DNA of 5,423 nucleotides from a virus (Duplodnaviria; Heunggongvirae; Uroviricota; Caudoviricetes): IMG/VR virus record IMGVR_UViG_2706794691_000011; one strand, 5' to 3'. Shown piece by piece: positions 5,390 to 5,423 of this stretch (position 1 is its first letter; each line of letters starts with the position of its first letter). The notes under the pieces were generated by a model. It saw only the letters and a program-made list of their open reading frames with translations, ran no database searches and was not told where the DNA came from. The position numbers and the translations under genes were made by a program.

Positions 5390-5423
5390 GTCTTAATACT
5401 AGTTTTTAGACTAGTCATTGGAG

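Noticed and set aside
5248-5418. 56-aa minus ORF containing the palindrome
   Set aside because: Below the ORF-track size threshold, odd composition, and the window ends 5 nt upstream of its ATG so no start signal can be assessed; left as unresolved.
1-5423. CRISPR arrays, IS elements or integrase
   Set aside because: No repeat-spacer periodicity, terminal inverted repeats or transposase/integrase-like readable translations were seen.

Overview
About one third of this 5423-bp window is N-masked, so several genes are only partly readable. The readable parts look like the late-regulatory region of a lambdoid (lambda/Stx-phage-like) prophage, transcribed on the minus strand (high to low coordinates). 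In transcription order: an 85-aa hypothetical protein, a RusA-like resolvase and a Q-like antiterminator (translationally coupled); a lambda-type late promoter with pause element and tR'-like terminator; a beta-class DNA methyltransferase (partly masked, with an apparent frame discontinuity); three tRNA genes (Ile2-CAU, Arg-UCG, Arg-UCU) followed by a terminator; an AT-rich cargo locus (about 225-1840); and a small phage protein at the left edge. The cargo locus sits where Stx phages carry stxAB, but its readable translations do not resemble Stx. It holds at least one plus-strand gene with its own ribosome-binding site (470-1120) and a convergent minus-strand ORF (from 1393), both largely masked and of unknown function. 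This is the best candidate for an undescribed moron, toxin or defence module. Everything here is from reading the sequence by eye; no database search was run.
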